Shown piece after piece: positions 41,161-54,884 of a stretch of DNA of 64,000 nt (position 1 is the stretch's first letter; each line of letters begins with the position of its first letter). Source of the stretch: the human T2T-CHM13v2.0 reference genome, Homo sapiens; assembly GCF_009914755.1 (NCBI RefSeq), contig NC_060933.1; one strand, 5' to 3'. The translations under genes were made by a program, and so were the position numbers. Below the pieces are notes generated by a model, which saw nothing but the letters and a program-made list of their open reading frames with translations, made no database searches and was not told the origin of the DNA.

Positions 41161-44100
41161 CATTCTATTACATTCCATTCCATTCCATTCCATTGCATTC
41201 CATTCCATTCCATTCCATTCCATTCCTTTCCACTCGGGTTGATTCCACACTATTCCAATTCACTATATTCCATTCCATTAAATTCCCATGATGCCATTCC
41301 ATTCCATTCCATTCCACAGGAGTTGATTCCAATCCATTGCATTCCATTCCATTCCATTGCTCTCCGGTTGATTCCATTCCATTCCATTGCACTCGGGTTG
41401 ATTCCATTCCATTCCATTCCATTCTATTCCATTCCTTTCCATTCCATTCCACTCGTGTTCATTCCATTCCGTTTCTTTCCATTCCATTCCATTCCCTTCC
41501 ATTCCACTCGTGTTGATTCCATTCCTTTCCATTCAACTTGATTACATTCCCTTCCATTCCACTCGGAATGATTCCATTCCATTCCATTCCATTCCATTGC
41601 ACACGGGTTGATTCCATTCCATTCAATTGCACTCGGGTTGATTCCATTCCAATCCATTCCATTCCATTCCTCTCCTTTGTATTCCATTCCACTCGTGATG
41701 ATTCCATTCTATTTCTTTCCATTCCATTCCATTACCTTCCATTCCAGTCGGGCTGATTCCATTCCATTCCATTCCACTCGATTACATTCCCTTCCATTCC
41801 ACTCGGAATGATTCCATTCCATTCCATTCCATTGCATTCCATTCCAATGCATTCCATTCCCTTCCATTCCACTCGAGTTGATTCCATTCCATTCGATTCT
41901 ATTCCATTGCATTACATTCCATTCCATTCTGTTCCATTCCATTCGGTTTGATTCTGTTCAATTCTTTACACGCCATTCCATTCCATTCCATTCCATACAA
42001 TTTCATTCCATTCCATTCCATTCCAACCTGGTTGAATCCATTCCATTCCATTTCGTTCCATTCCATTCTATTCCGTTCCATTCCATTCCATTCCATTCCA
42101 TTCCATTCCATTCCATTCCATTCCATGCCATTCCACTCGGGTTGATTCCATTCCATTCCATTCCCTTCCATTTCATTCCATTCCATTCCACAGGAGTTGA
42201 TTCCATTCCGTAACAATGCATTTCATTCCAATCCACTCCATTCGATTCCATTCCATTCCATGCCATTCGGGCATTTTCCATTCCATTCCATTCCATTCCA
42301 TTCCATTCCATTCCATTCCATTCCATTCCATTAAAGTCAGGTTCACTCGATTCCATTCCATTCCATTCCTTTCCATTGCAATTTAGTTGATTCCATTCCA
42401 TTGAATGCCATTCCATTCCATTCCATTCCATTCCTTTCCATTCCATTCCACTCGGGTTGATTCCATTCGATTCCATTCCATTCCATTCCATTCCATTCCA
42501 TTGCACTCGGGTTGATTCCATTCCATTCCTTTCCATTCCATTACACTCTGGTTGATTCCATTCCATTCCATTCCATTCCATTCCATTACGTTTCATTCCG
42601 TTCCATTCCATTCCTCTCGTGTTGATTCCATTCCATTCCATTCCATTCCATTCCATACCATTCCTTTGCTTTGCTTTGCATTCCATTCGATTCCATTCCA
42701 TTCCTTTGCATTCCCTTCTATTCCATTCCATTCCATTCCATTCCATTCCATTCCATTCCATTCCATTCCAGTTGATTCCATTACATTCCATTCCATTCCG
42801 TTCAATTCCATTCCTATGTATTCCCTTCCACTCCATTCAAATCGGATTCATTCCATTCCATTCAATTCCATTCCATTCCTTTGCATTATATTCCATTCCA
42901 TTCGAGTTCATTCCATTCCATTGCATTCCATTTAATTTCATTCCACTATATACCATTCCCTTCTATACCATTGCTTTCCATTCCTTTCCATTCCATTGCA
43001 CTCCATTTCATTTCATTCCATTCCATTCCATTCCATTCAGGTTGATTGCTTTCCAATTCTTTCCACTACATTCCATTTCACTCCATTCCATTCCATTAAA
43101 TTTCATTCCATTCTATTCCATTCCATTCCATTCCATTCCATTCGGGTTGATTAAATTCCATTCCATTACATTCCGTTAATTCCATTACATTGCATTCCAT
43201 TCTATTCCATTCCATACCATTCCATTCCATTCCATTCCATTCCATTTCATTCCACTCATGTTGATTCCATTCCATTCCATTCCATTCCATTCAGGTTGAT
43301 TCCATTAAATTCCATTCTATTCCATTCCATTCCATTCCATTCCATTCCTTTGAATGCCATTCCATTCCATTCCATTCCATTCCATTCCATTCCATTCCAC
43401 TCGCCTTGATTCCATTCCATTCCATTCCAATCCATTCCATTCCAGTTGAATCTATTCCATTCCATTCTTTCCATTCCATTCCATTCCTTTTTATTCCATT
43501 CTATTCCATTCCATTCCATTCCACTCGCGTTGATTCCATTACATTCCTTTCGAATCCATTCCATTCCATTCCATTCCATTCCATTCCATTCCAGTTGATT
43601 CCAATCCATTCCTTCCAATCCATTCTATTCCATTCCTTTCCATTCCATTCGCCTCTGGTTTATTCCATTCCATTCCAGTCCAATCTATTCCATTCCATTC
43701 CATTTCATTCAATTCCGGTTCATCCCATTTCATTCCTCTCGGGTTGATTCCATTCCATTCCATTCCAACCCATTCCATTCCATTCCATTCCATTCCATAC
43801 CATTCCATTCCATTCCTTTCCATTCCATTCCATTCCACACTTCTTGATTCCATTCCATTCCATTCCCTTCCAATCCATTCCATTCCATTCCATTGCATTC
43901 CATTCAGTTCCATTACATTGCATTCTGTTCCGTTCCATTTCATTCCATTCCACTCCATTGCATTCCATTCCACCCAGGTTGATTCAATCCCATTCAACTC
44001 CATTCCATTCCATTGCATTCCATTCCACACGGGTTGATTCCATCCCATTCCTCTCCATTCCATTTCATTCCATTCCATTCCATTGTATTCTATTCCATTC

Positions 44101-44725
44101 CATTCCATTCCATTTCATTTTTTTCCATTCTATTCCAGTTAAGTATGGTGTATTCCCGTCAATTCCATTTCATTCCGTTGCATTCCATTCTATTCCATTT
44201 CATTTCATTCCACTTGGATTGATTCCACACCATTCCATTCCTTTTCATTACATTCAATTCCTTTTCATTCCAATCCATTGCATTTGTGTTTATTCAATTC
44301 CGTTCAATTCCATTTCATTCCTATCCATTCCATTACTTTCCATTCCATTCCATGCAGGTTGATTCCAATCCATTTGATTCCGTTCCATTACATTCCGTAC
44401 CATACCATTCCACTCCATTCCAATCCATTGCACTCGTGATGATTCCATTCGATTCCGTTCCATACTATTCCACTCGCGTTGAATCCATTCCATTTCTTTC
44501 CATTCCATTCTATTCGATTCCATTCCACTCCATTCCTCTTGGGTTGATTCGATTCCATTCCATTCCATTCCATTCCATTCCATTCCACTCGTGTTGATTC
44601 CATTTCATTCCATTCCATTGCACTCGTTTGGATTCCAATCCATTCCATTTCATTCCATTCATTTCCACTCTTGTTAAGTCCATTCCATTCCTCCCCATTT
44701 CATTCCATTCAATTCCTTTCCATCC

Positions 44726-47700
44726 CATTCCATTCCATTCCATTCCATTCCATCCCATTCCATTCCATTCCACTCTATTCCACTCGGGATGATTCCATTG
44801 CATTCCATTGCATTCCATTCCATTCCATTCCATTCCATTCCATTCCATTCCATTCCATTCCATTCTATTCCATTCCACTCGGTTTGATTCCATTCCATTC
44901 AATTCCATTCCACTCCATTCCATTCCATTCCTATTCCTTTACATTCCATTCATTTCCATTACACTCCATTCCATTCCATTCCTTTTCACTGCATTGCATT
45001 CCTTTCCATTCTATTCCATTCCATTCCCTTCTATTCCGTTTTATTATTTTCAATTCCATTCCATTCCAGCCTGGAGTTTTCCATTCCATTCCATTCCGGT
45101 GTATTCCATTCCATTCCATTACTTTCCATTCCATTCCATTCCTTTCCATTGGATTCCATTCCATTCCATTCCTTGCAACTCGCGTTGATTCCATTCCCTT
45201 CCCTTCCATTCCTTTCCTTTCCATTCAATTGCTTTCCTTTCCATTCCATTCCATTCCATTGCATTCCATACCATTCCATTGCTTTCCATTCCATTCCATT
45301 CAATTCGGTTGGTTTTCGTTGCATGGAATTGCATTCCATCCCATTCCATTCCATTCCATTCCATTCATTTTGGTTGGATTCCGTTGCATTGCATTCCATT
45401 CCATTCCATTGCATTCCATTCTATTCCATTCCATTCCAGTCGTGTTGATTCCATTCCATTCCATTCCATTTCATTCCATTCCATTCCATTACGTTCCATT
45501 CCATTCCATTCTTTTTCATTCCATTCCATTCCATTCCATTGCATTCCGTTCCATTCCATTCCATTCGTGTTGAGTCTATTCCATTCCATTCCATTCCATT
45601 CCATTCCTTTCCATTACATTACACTCGGTTTGATTCCAATCCATTCCATTCCATTCAATTTCATTCCATTCCTCTCGGGTTGAATCCATTCCATTCCATT
45701 CCATTCCGCACCATTCCATTCCATTCCATTGCATTCCATTCTATTCCATTCCACAAGGGATGATTCCATTTCATTCCATTCCATTTTGGTTGATTCCATT
45801 CCATTCCTTTCCATTGCATTCCATTACATTCCATTCCATTCGGGTTTATTCCATTCCATTAAATTCCATTCCATTCCACTCGTGTTGATTCCATTCCATT
45901 CCACTCCATTTCATTCCATTCCATTCAATTCCATTCTCTTCCATTCCATTCCTTTTCACTTGGGATGATTTCATTCCATTACATTCCATACCATTCCAAT
46001 CTATTCCATTCCATCCCATTCCATTTCATTCCGTTCTGTTCCATTCCTTTCAATTCCATTCCATTGCATTCCATTCCATTCCATTCCATTCCACTCGTAT
46101 TCATTCCATTCCTTTCCATTCCATTCCATTCCATTCCATTCCATTCGGGTTGATTCCATTCCTTTCCGTTGCATTCCATTCCATTATATTACACGGCATT
46201 CCACTAGGGGTGTTTCAATTCCTTTGCATTCCATTCCATTCCATTCCATTCCATTCCACTCCATTCCATTCCATTCCACTCCATTCCATTCCATTCCATT
46301 CCATTCCATTCCATTCCATTCCACTCCATTCCATTCCATTCCACTCCATTCCATTCCATTCCATTCCATTCCATTCCACTCCATTCCATTCCTCTCAGGT
46401 TAATTCCATTCCATTCCATTCCGTTCCATTCCATTCCATTCCATTCCATTCCATTCCATTCCATTCCATTCCATTCCAATCTTGTTGATTCCATTCCATT
46501 CCATTCCATTCCTAAACCTTTACATTCCATTCCATTCCATTCCACTCCATTACATTCCATTCCTTTCCACTCCATTGCATTCCTTTCCATTCTATTCCAT
46601 TCCATTCCCTTTTATTCCGTTTTATTATTTTCAATTCCATTCCATTCCAGTCTGGTGTTTTCCATTTCATTCCATTCCATTCCTTTCCATTTGATTCCAT
46701 TCCATTCCATTCCTTTCAACTCGGGTTGATTCCATTCCCTTCCATTCCATTCCTTTCCATTCCATTGAATTTCTTTCCTTTCCATTCCATTCCATACCAT
46801 TGCATACCATTGCATGCCATTCCATTCCATTCCATTCCATTCCATTCAGTTGGATTTCATTGCATTGAATTGCATTCCATTCCATTCCATTGCATTCCAT
46901 TCCATTCCATTCAATTCGGTTGGATTCCTTTGCATTGCTTTGCATTCCGTTCCATTCCATTGCATTCCATTCTATTCCATTCCATTCCACTCGTGTTGAT
47001 TGCATTCCATTCCATTCCATTTCATTTCATTCGATTTCATTCCGTTTCATTCCATTCCATTCCATGCATTCCATTCCATTCCATTCTTTTTGATTCCATT
47101 CCATACTATTCCATTCCATTCCATTGCATTCCGTTCCATTCCATTTCATTCGGGTTGATTCCATTCCATTCCATTCCATTCCATTCCACTAGAGTTGATT
47201 GCATTTCATTCCATTCCCTTCCATTCCATTTCACTCGGTTTGATTCCAATCCATTCCATTCCATTCAATTCCATTCCACTCCATTCCATTCCATTCCATA
47301 CCAGTTAATTCCATTCCATTCCCTTCTAATCCATTCCATTCCATTCGATCCCATTACAATCCACTCGGTTTTTTTCCATTCCAATCCATTCCATTCTATT
47401 GCATTCCATTCCATTCCATTCCATTCCATTCCATTCAATTCCATTCCATTCCTCTCGGATTCTTTCCATTCCTTTAAAATCCAATCCATTCCACTGCATT
47501 CCATTCCATTCTACTCCATTGCATTCCTGTTGATTCTGTTGCATTCCATTCCATTCCATTCCATTCCATTCCATTCCATTCCACTCGTGTTGATTCCATT
47601 TCATTTCATTGCATTCCTTGCTATGCCATTCCATTCCATGCCATGACATTCCATTCCATTCCATTCCACTCGGGTTGATACCATTCCATTACAATCCAAT

Positions 47701-50700
47701 GGTTTCCATTCCTTTCCATTCCACTCAATTCCATTCCATTCCATTCCATACCATTCATTTCCATTCCTCTCGTGGTGATTCAATTCCATTCCAGTCAATT
47801 CCATTCCATTCAATTCCATTGCATTCTATTCCATTCCACTCGTATTGATTCCATTCCATTGAATTCCATTCCATTCCATTCCACTCGGGTTCATTCCATC
47901 CCATTCCACACCATACCATTAAATTCCACTCTATTCCTTTCCATTCCATTCCATTCCATTCCTTTCCACTCGGGTTGATTCCATTCCATTCCATTGCACT
48001 CCATTCCATTCCATTCCATTCCATTCCTTTCCACTCGGGTTGATTTCATTCCATTCCATTGCATTCCATTCCATTCCATTCCTTTCCATTCCATTCCATT
48101 CCATTCCATTTCTTTGCATTCCATTACATGCCATTACATTCCACTCCAATCGGGTAGATTCCATTCCACTCCATTCCATTCCATTCCAATCTTCTCCATT
48201 CCAGTTGGCTTAATTCCATTCCATTCCATTCCATTCCATTCCACTCATGTTTATTCCACTCCATTAAAATCCATTCCGTTCCATTCCATTCCAGTCCTTT
48301 CCTTTCCATTCCACTCTGGTTGACTCCATTCCATTTCATTCCATTCCATTCAGGTTGATCATTCCATTCCAGTACACTCCATTCCATTCCATTCCATTCC
48401 ATTCGTGGTGATTCCAATCTATTCCCTTCAATTCCATTCCCTTCCATTCCATTGCATTCCACTCGCGTTCATTCCATTGCATTCCTTTCCCTTCCATTCC
48501 GTTCGATTCCATTCCACACGGATTGATTGCATTGCATTCCATTCCATTCCATTCTCTTCCATTCCATTTGATTCCTTCCCATTCCATTCCGTTCCATTCC
48601 TCTGGGGTTGATTCCATTCCATTCCATTCAAACCCATTCCACTCCATCCCATTCCTGTTGGTGACATTCCATTCCAATCCATTCCATTCCATTCCATTCC
48701 ATTCCATTCCATGCCATTCCATTCCATTCGCGCTGATTCCATTCCATTCCATTCCATTCCATTCCATTCCATTGCATTCCATTCCACTCCATTCCACTCG
48801 ACATGATTGCATTCCATTCTATTCCATTCCATTGCGTTGCATTCCTTTCCATTCCATTCCAAAAGTGTTGATTCCATTCCAATCAATTCCACTCCATTCC
48901 ATTTCATTCCATTCCGTTCTATTCCAGTTGATTCCATTCAATTCAATTCCATTCCATTCCATTCCATTCCATTCCATTCCATCCCATTCCATTCCATTCC
49001 ACTCTATTCCACTCGGGATGATTCCATTGCATTCCATTGCATTCCATTCCATTCCATTCCATTCCATTCCATTCCATTCCATTCCATTCTATTCCATTCC
49101 ACTCGGTTTGATTCCATTCCATTCAATTCCATTCCACTCCATTCCATTCCATTCCTATTCCTTTACATTCCATTCATTTCCATTACACTCCATTCCATTC
49201 CATTCCTTTTCACTGCATTGCATTCCTTTCCATTCTATTCCATTCCATTCCCTTCTATTCCGTTTTATTATTTTCAATTCCATTCCATTCCAGCCTGGAG
49301 TTTTCCATTCCATTCCATTCCGGTGTATTCCATTCCATTCCATTACTTTCCATTCCATTCCATTCCTTTCCATTGGATTCCATTCCATTCCATTCCTTGC
49401 AACTCGCGTTGATTCCATTCCCTTCCCTTCCATTCCTTTCCTTTCCATTCAATTGCTTTCCTTTCCATTCCATTCCATTCCATTGCATTCCATACCATTC
49501 CATTGCTTTCCATTCCATTCCATTCAATTCGGTTGGTTTTCGTTGCATGGAATTGCATTCCATCCCATTCCATTCCATTCCATTCCATTCATTTTGGTTG
49601 GATTCCGTTGCATTGCATTCCATTCCATTCCATTGCATTCCATTCTATTCCATTCCATTCCAGTCGTGTTGATTCCATTCCATTCCATTCCATTTCATTC
49701 CATTCCATTCCATTACGTTCCATTCCATTCCATTCTTTTTCATTCCATTCCATTCCATTCCATTGCATTCCGTTCCATTCCATTCCATTCGTGTTGAGTC
49801 TATTCCATTCCATTCCATTCCATTCCATTCCTTTCCATTACATTACACTCGGTTTGATTCCAATCCATTCCATTCCATTCAATTTCATTCCATTCCTCTC
49901 GGGTTGAATCCATTCCATTCCATTCCATTCCGCACCATTCCATTCCATTCCATTGCATTCCATTCTATTCCATTCCACAAGGGATGATTCCATTTCATTC
50001 CATTCCATTTTGGTTGATTCCATTCCATTCCTTTCCATTGCATTCCATTACATTCCATTCCATTCGGGTTTATTCCATTCCATTAAATTCCATTCCATTC
50101 CACTCGTGTTGATTCCATTCCATTCCACTCCATTTCATTCCATTCCATTCAATTCCATTCTCTTCCATTCCATTCCTTTTCACTTGGGATGATTTCATTC
50201 CATTACATTCCATACCATTCCAATCTATTCCATTCCATCCCATTCCATTTCATTCCGTTCTGTTCCATTCCTTTCAATTCCATTCCATTGCATTCCATTC
50301 CATTCCATTCCATTCCACTCGTATTCATTCCATTCCTTTCCATTCCATTCCATTCCATTCCATTCCATTCGGGTTGATTCCATTCCTTTCCGTTGCATTC
50401 CATTCCATTATATTACACGGCATTCCACTAGGGGTGTTTCAATTCCTTTGCATTCCATTCCATTCCATTCCATTCCATTCCACTCCATTCCATTCCATTC
50501 CACTCCATTCCATTCCATTCCATTCCATTCCATTCCATTCCATTCCACTCCATTCCATTCCATTCCACTCCATTCCATTCCATTCCATTCCATTCCATTC
50601 CACTCCATTCCATTCCTCTCAGGTTAATTCCATTCCATTCCATTCCGTTCCATTCCATTCCATTCCATTCCATTCCATTCCATTCCATTCCAATCTTGTT

Positions 50701-53190
50701 GATTCCATTCCATTCCATTCCATTCCTAAACCTTTACATTCCATTCCATTCCATTCCACTCCATTACATTCCATTCCTTTCCACTCCATTGCATTCCTTT
50801 CCATTCTATTCCATTCCATTCCCTTTTATTCCGTTTTATTATTTTCAATTCCATTCCATTCCAGTCTGGTGTTTTCCATTTCATTCCATTCCATTCCTTT
50901 CCATTTGATTCCATTCCATTCCATTCCTTTCAACTCGGGTTGATTCCATTCCCTTCCATTCCATTCCTTTCCATTCCATTGAATTTCTTTCCTTTCCATT
51001 CCATTCCATACCATTGCATACCATTGCATGCCATTCCATTCCATTCCATTCCATTCCATTCCATTCAGTTGGATTTCATTGCATTGAATTGCATTCCATT
51101 CCATTCCATTGCATTCCATTCCATTCCATTCAATTCGGTTGGATTCCTTTGCATTGCTTTGCATTCCGTTCCATTCCATTGCATTCCATTCTATTCCATT
51201 CCATTCCACTCGTGTTGATTGCATTCCATTCCATTCCATTTCATTTCATTCGATTTCATTCCGTTTCATTCCATTCCATTCCATGCATTCCATTCCATTC
51301 CATTCTTTTTGATTCCATTCCATACTATTCCATTCCATTCCATTGCATTCCGTTCCATTCCATTTCATTCGGGTTGATTCCATTCCATTCCATTCCATTC
51401 CATTCCACTAGAGTTGATTGCATTTCATTCCATTCCCTTCCATTCCATTTCACTCGGTTTGATTCCAATCCATTCCATTCCATTCAATTCCATTCCACTC
51501 CATTCCATTCCATTCCATACCAGTTAATTCCATTCCATTCCCTTCTAATCCATTCCATTCCATTCGATCCCATTACAATCCACTCGGTTTTTTTCCATTC
51601 CAATCCATTCCATTCTATTGCATTCCATTCCATTCCATTCCATTCCATTCCATTCAATTCCATTCCATTCCTCTCGGATTCTTTCCATTCCTTTAAAATC
51701 CAATCCATTCCACTGCATTCCATTCCATTCTACTCCATTGCATTCCTGTTGATTCTGTTGCATTCCATTCCATTCCATTCCATTCCATTCCATTCCACTC
51801 GTGTTGATTCCATTTCATTTCATTGCATTCCTTGCTATGCCATTCCATTCCATGCCATGACATTCCATTCCATTCCATTCCACTCGGGTTGATACCATTC
51901 CATTACAATCCAATGGTTTCCATTCCTTTCCATTCCACTCAATTCCATTCCATTCCATTCCATACCATTCATTTCCATTCCTCTCGTGGTGATTCAATTC
52001 CATTCCAGTCAATTCCATTCCATTCAATTCCATTGCATTCTATTCCATTCCACTCGTATTGATTCCATTCCATTGAATTCCATTCCATTCCATTCCACTC
52101 GGGTTCATTCCATCCCATTCCACACCATACCATTAAATTCCACTCTATTCCTTTCCATTCCATTCCATTCCATTCCTTTCCACTCGGGTTGATTCCATTC
52201 CATTCCATTGCACTCCATTCCATTCCATTCCATTCCATTCCTTTCCACTCGGGTTGATTTCATTCCATTCCATTGCATTCCATTCCATTCCATTCCTTTC
52301 CATTCCATTCCATTCCATTCCATTTCTTTGCATTCCATTACATGCCATTACATTCCACTCCAATCGGGTAGATTCCATTCCACTCCATTCCATTCCATTC
52401 CAATCTTCTCCATTCCAGTTGGCTTAATTCCATTCCATTCCATTCCATTCCATTCCACTCATGTTTATTCCACTCCATTAAAATCCATTCCGTTCCATTC
52501 CATTCCAGTCCTTTCCTTTCCATTCCACTCTGGTTGACTCCATTCCATTTCATTCCATTCCATTCAGGTTGATCATTCCATTCCAGTACACTCCATTCCA
52601 TTCCATTCCATTCCATTCGTGGTGATTCCAATCTATTCCCTTCAATTCCATTCCCTTCCATTCCATTGCATTCCACTCGCATTCATTCCATTGCATTCCT
52701 TTCCCTTCCATTCCGTTCGATTCCATTCCACACGGATTGATTGCATTGCATTCCATTCCATTCCATTCTCTTCCATTCCATTTGATTCCTTCCCATTCCA
52801 TTCCGTTCCATTCCTCTGGGGTTGATTCCATTCCATTCCATTCAAACCCATTCCACTCCATCCCATTCCTGTTGGTGACATTCCATTCCAATCCATTCCA
52901 TTCCATTCCATTCCATTCCATTCCATGCCATTCCATTCCATTCGCGCTGATTCCATTCCATTCCATTCCATTCCATTCCATTGCATTCCATTCCACTCCA
53001 TTCCACTCGACATGATTGCATTCCATTCTATTCCATTCCATTGCGTTGCATTCCTTTCCATTCCATTCCAAAAGTGTTGATTCCATTCCAATCAATTCCA
53101 CTCCATTCCATTTCATTCCATTCCGTTCTATTCCAGTTGATTCCATTCAATTCAATTCCATTCCATTCCATTCCATTCCATTCCATTCCA
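44726..53190 (-). repeat. Near-identical tandem duplication, period ~4.21-4.23 kb (copy 1 ~44726-48954, copy 2 ~48955-53190)
   Basis: Identical ORF translations offset by 4224 (44931/49155), 4214 (46482/50696), 4219 (47265/51484) and 4214 (48405/52619). The offset changes only in steps of 5 or 10. Confidence 0.96.
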
Positions 53191-54884
53191 CTCCATTCCA
53201 CTCAGGATGATTCAGTTCCATTCCATTCCACTCCATTCCACACGAGATGATTCCATTCCATTCCATTCCATTTCATTCCATTCCACTCCAATCGATTCCA
53301 TTCCATTCCATTCCATTCGTGTAGATGCCATTCCATTCCATTCCATTCCATTCCATTCCATTCCACTCGGGTTGATACCATTCCATTACAATCCAATGGT
53401 TTCCATTCCTTTCCATTCCACTCAATTCCATTCCATTCCATTCCATACCATTCATTTCCATTCCTCTCGTGGTGATTCAATTCCATTCCAGTCAATTCCA
53501 TTCCATTCAATTCCATTGCATTCTATTCCATTCCACTCGTATTGATTCCATTCCATTGAATTCCATTCCATTCCATTCCACTCGGGTTCATTCCATCCCA
53601 TTCCACACCATACCATTAAATTCCACTCTATTCCTTTCCATTCCATTCCATTCCATTCCTTTCCACTCGGGTTGATTCCATTCCATTCCATTGCACTCCA
53701 TTCCATTCCATTCCATTCCATTCCATTCCTTTCCACTCGGGTTGATTCCATTCCATTCCATTGCATTCCATTCCATTCCATTCCTTTCCATTCCATTCCA
53801 TTCCATTCCATTTCTTTGCATTCCATTACATGCCATTACATTCCACTCCAATCGGGTAGATTCCATTCCACTCCATTCCATTCCATTCCAATCTTCTCCA
53901 TTCCAGTCGGCTTAATTCCATTCCATTCCATTCCATTCCATTCCACTCATGTTTATTCCACTCCTTTAAAATCAATTCCGTTCCATTCCATTCCAGTCCT
54001 TTCCTTTCCATTCCACTCTGGTTGACTCCATTCCATTCCATTCCATTCCATTCAGGTTGATCATTCCATTCCAGTACATTCCATTCCATTCCATTCCATT
54101 CCATTCGTGGTGATTCCAATCTATTCCCTTCAATTCCATTCCCTTCCATTCCATTGCATTCCACTCGCGTTCATTCCATTGCATTCCTTTCCCTTCCATT
54201 CCGTTCGATTCCATTCCACACGGATTGATTGCATTGCATTCCATTCCATTCCATTCTCTTCCATTCCATTTGATTCCTTCCCATTCCATTCCGTTCCATT
54301 CCTCTGGGGTTGATTCCATTCCATTCCATTCAAACCCATTCCACTCCATCCCATTCCTGTTGGTGACATTCCATTCCATTCCATTCCATTCCATTCCATT
54401 CCATTCCATGCCATTCCATTCCATTCGCGCTGATTCCATTCCATTCCATTCCATTCCATTGCATTCCATTCCACTCCATTCCATTCCATTGCATTCCATT
54501 CCACTCCATTCCACTCGACATGATTGCATTCCATTCTATTCCATTCCATTGCGTTGCATTCCTTTCCATTCCATTCCAAAAGTGTTGATTCCATTCCAAT
54601 CAATTCCACTCCATTCCATTTCATTCCATTCCGTTCTATTCCAGTTGATTCCATTCAATTCAATTCCATTCCATTCCATTCCATTCCATTCCATTCCACT
54701 CCATTCCACTCAGGATGATTCAGTTCCATTCCATTCCACTCCATTCCACACGAGATGATTCCATTCCATTCCATTCCATTTCATTCCATTCCACTCCAAT
54801 CGATTCCATTCCATTCCATTCCATTCGTGTAGATGCCATTCCATTCCATTCCATTCCATTCCATTCCATTCCACTCGGGTTGAT
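51861..54884 (-). repeat. Tandem duplication, period ~1.48-1.51 kb (copy A ~51861-53343, copy B ~53344-54884)
   Basis: CACTCGGGTTGATACCATTCCATTACAATCCAATGG at 51881/53364, CGTGTAGATGCC at ~53318/54826, and ORF offsets of 1483, 1488 and 1508. Confidence 0.93.
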
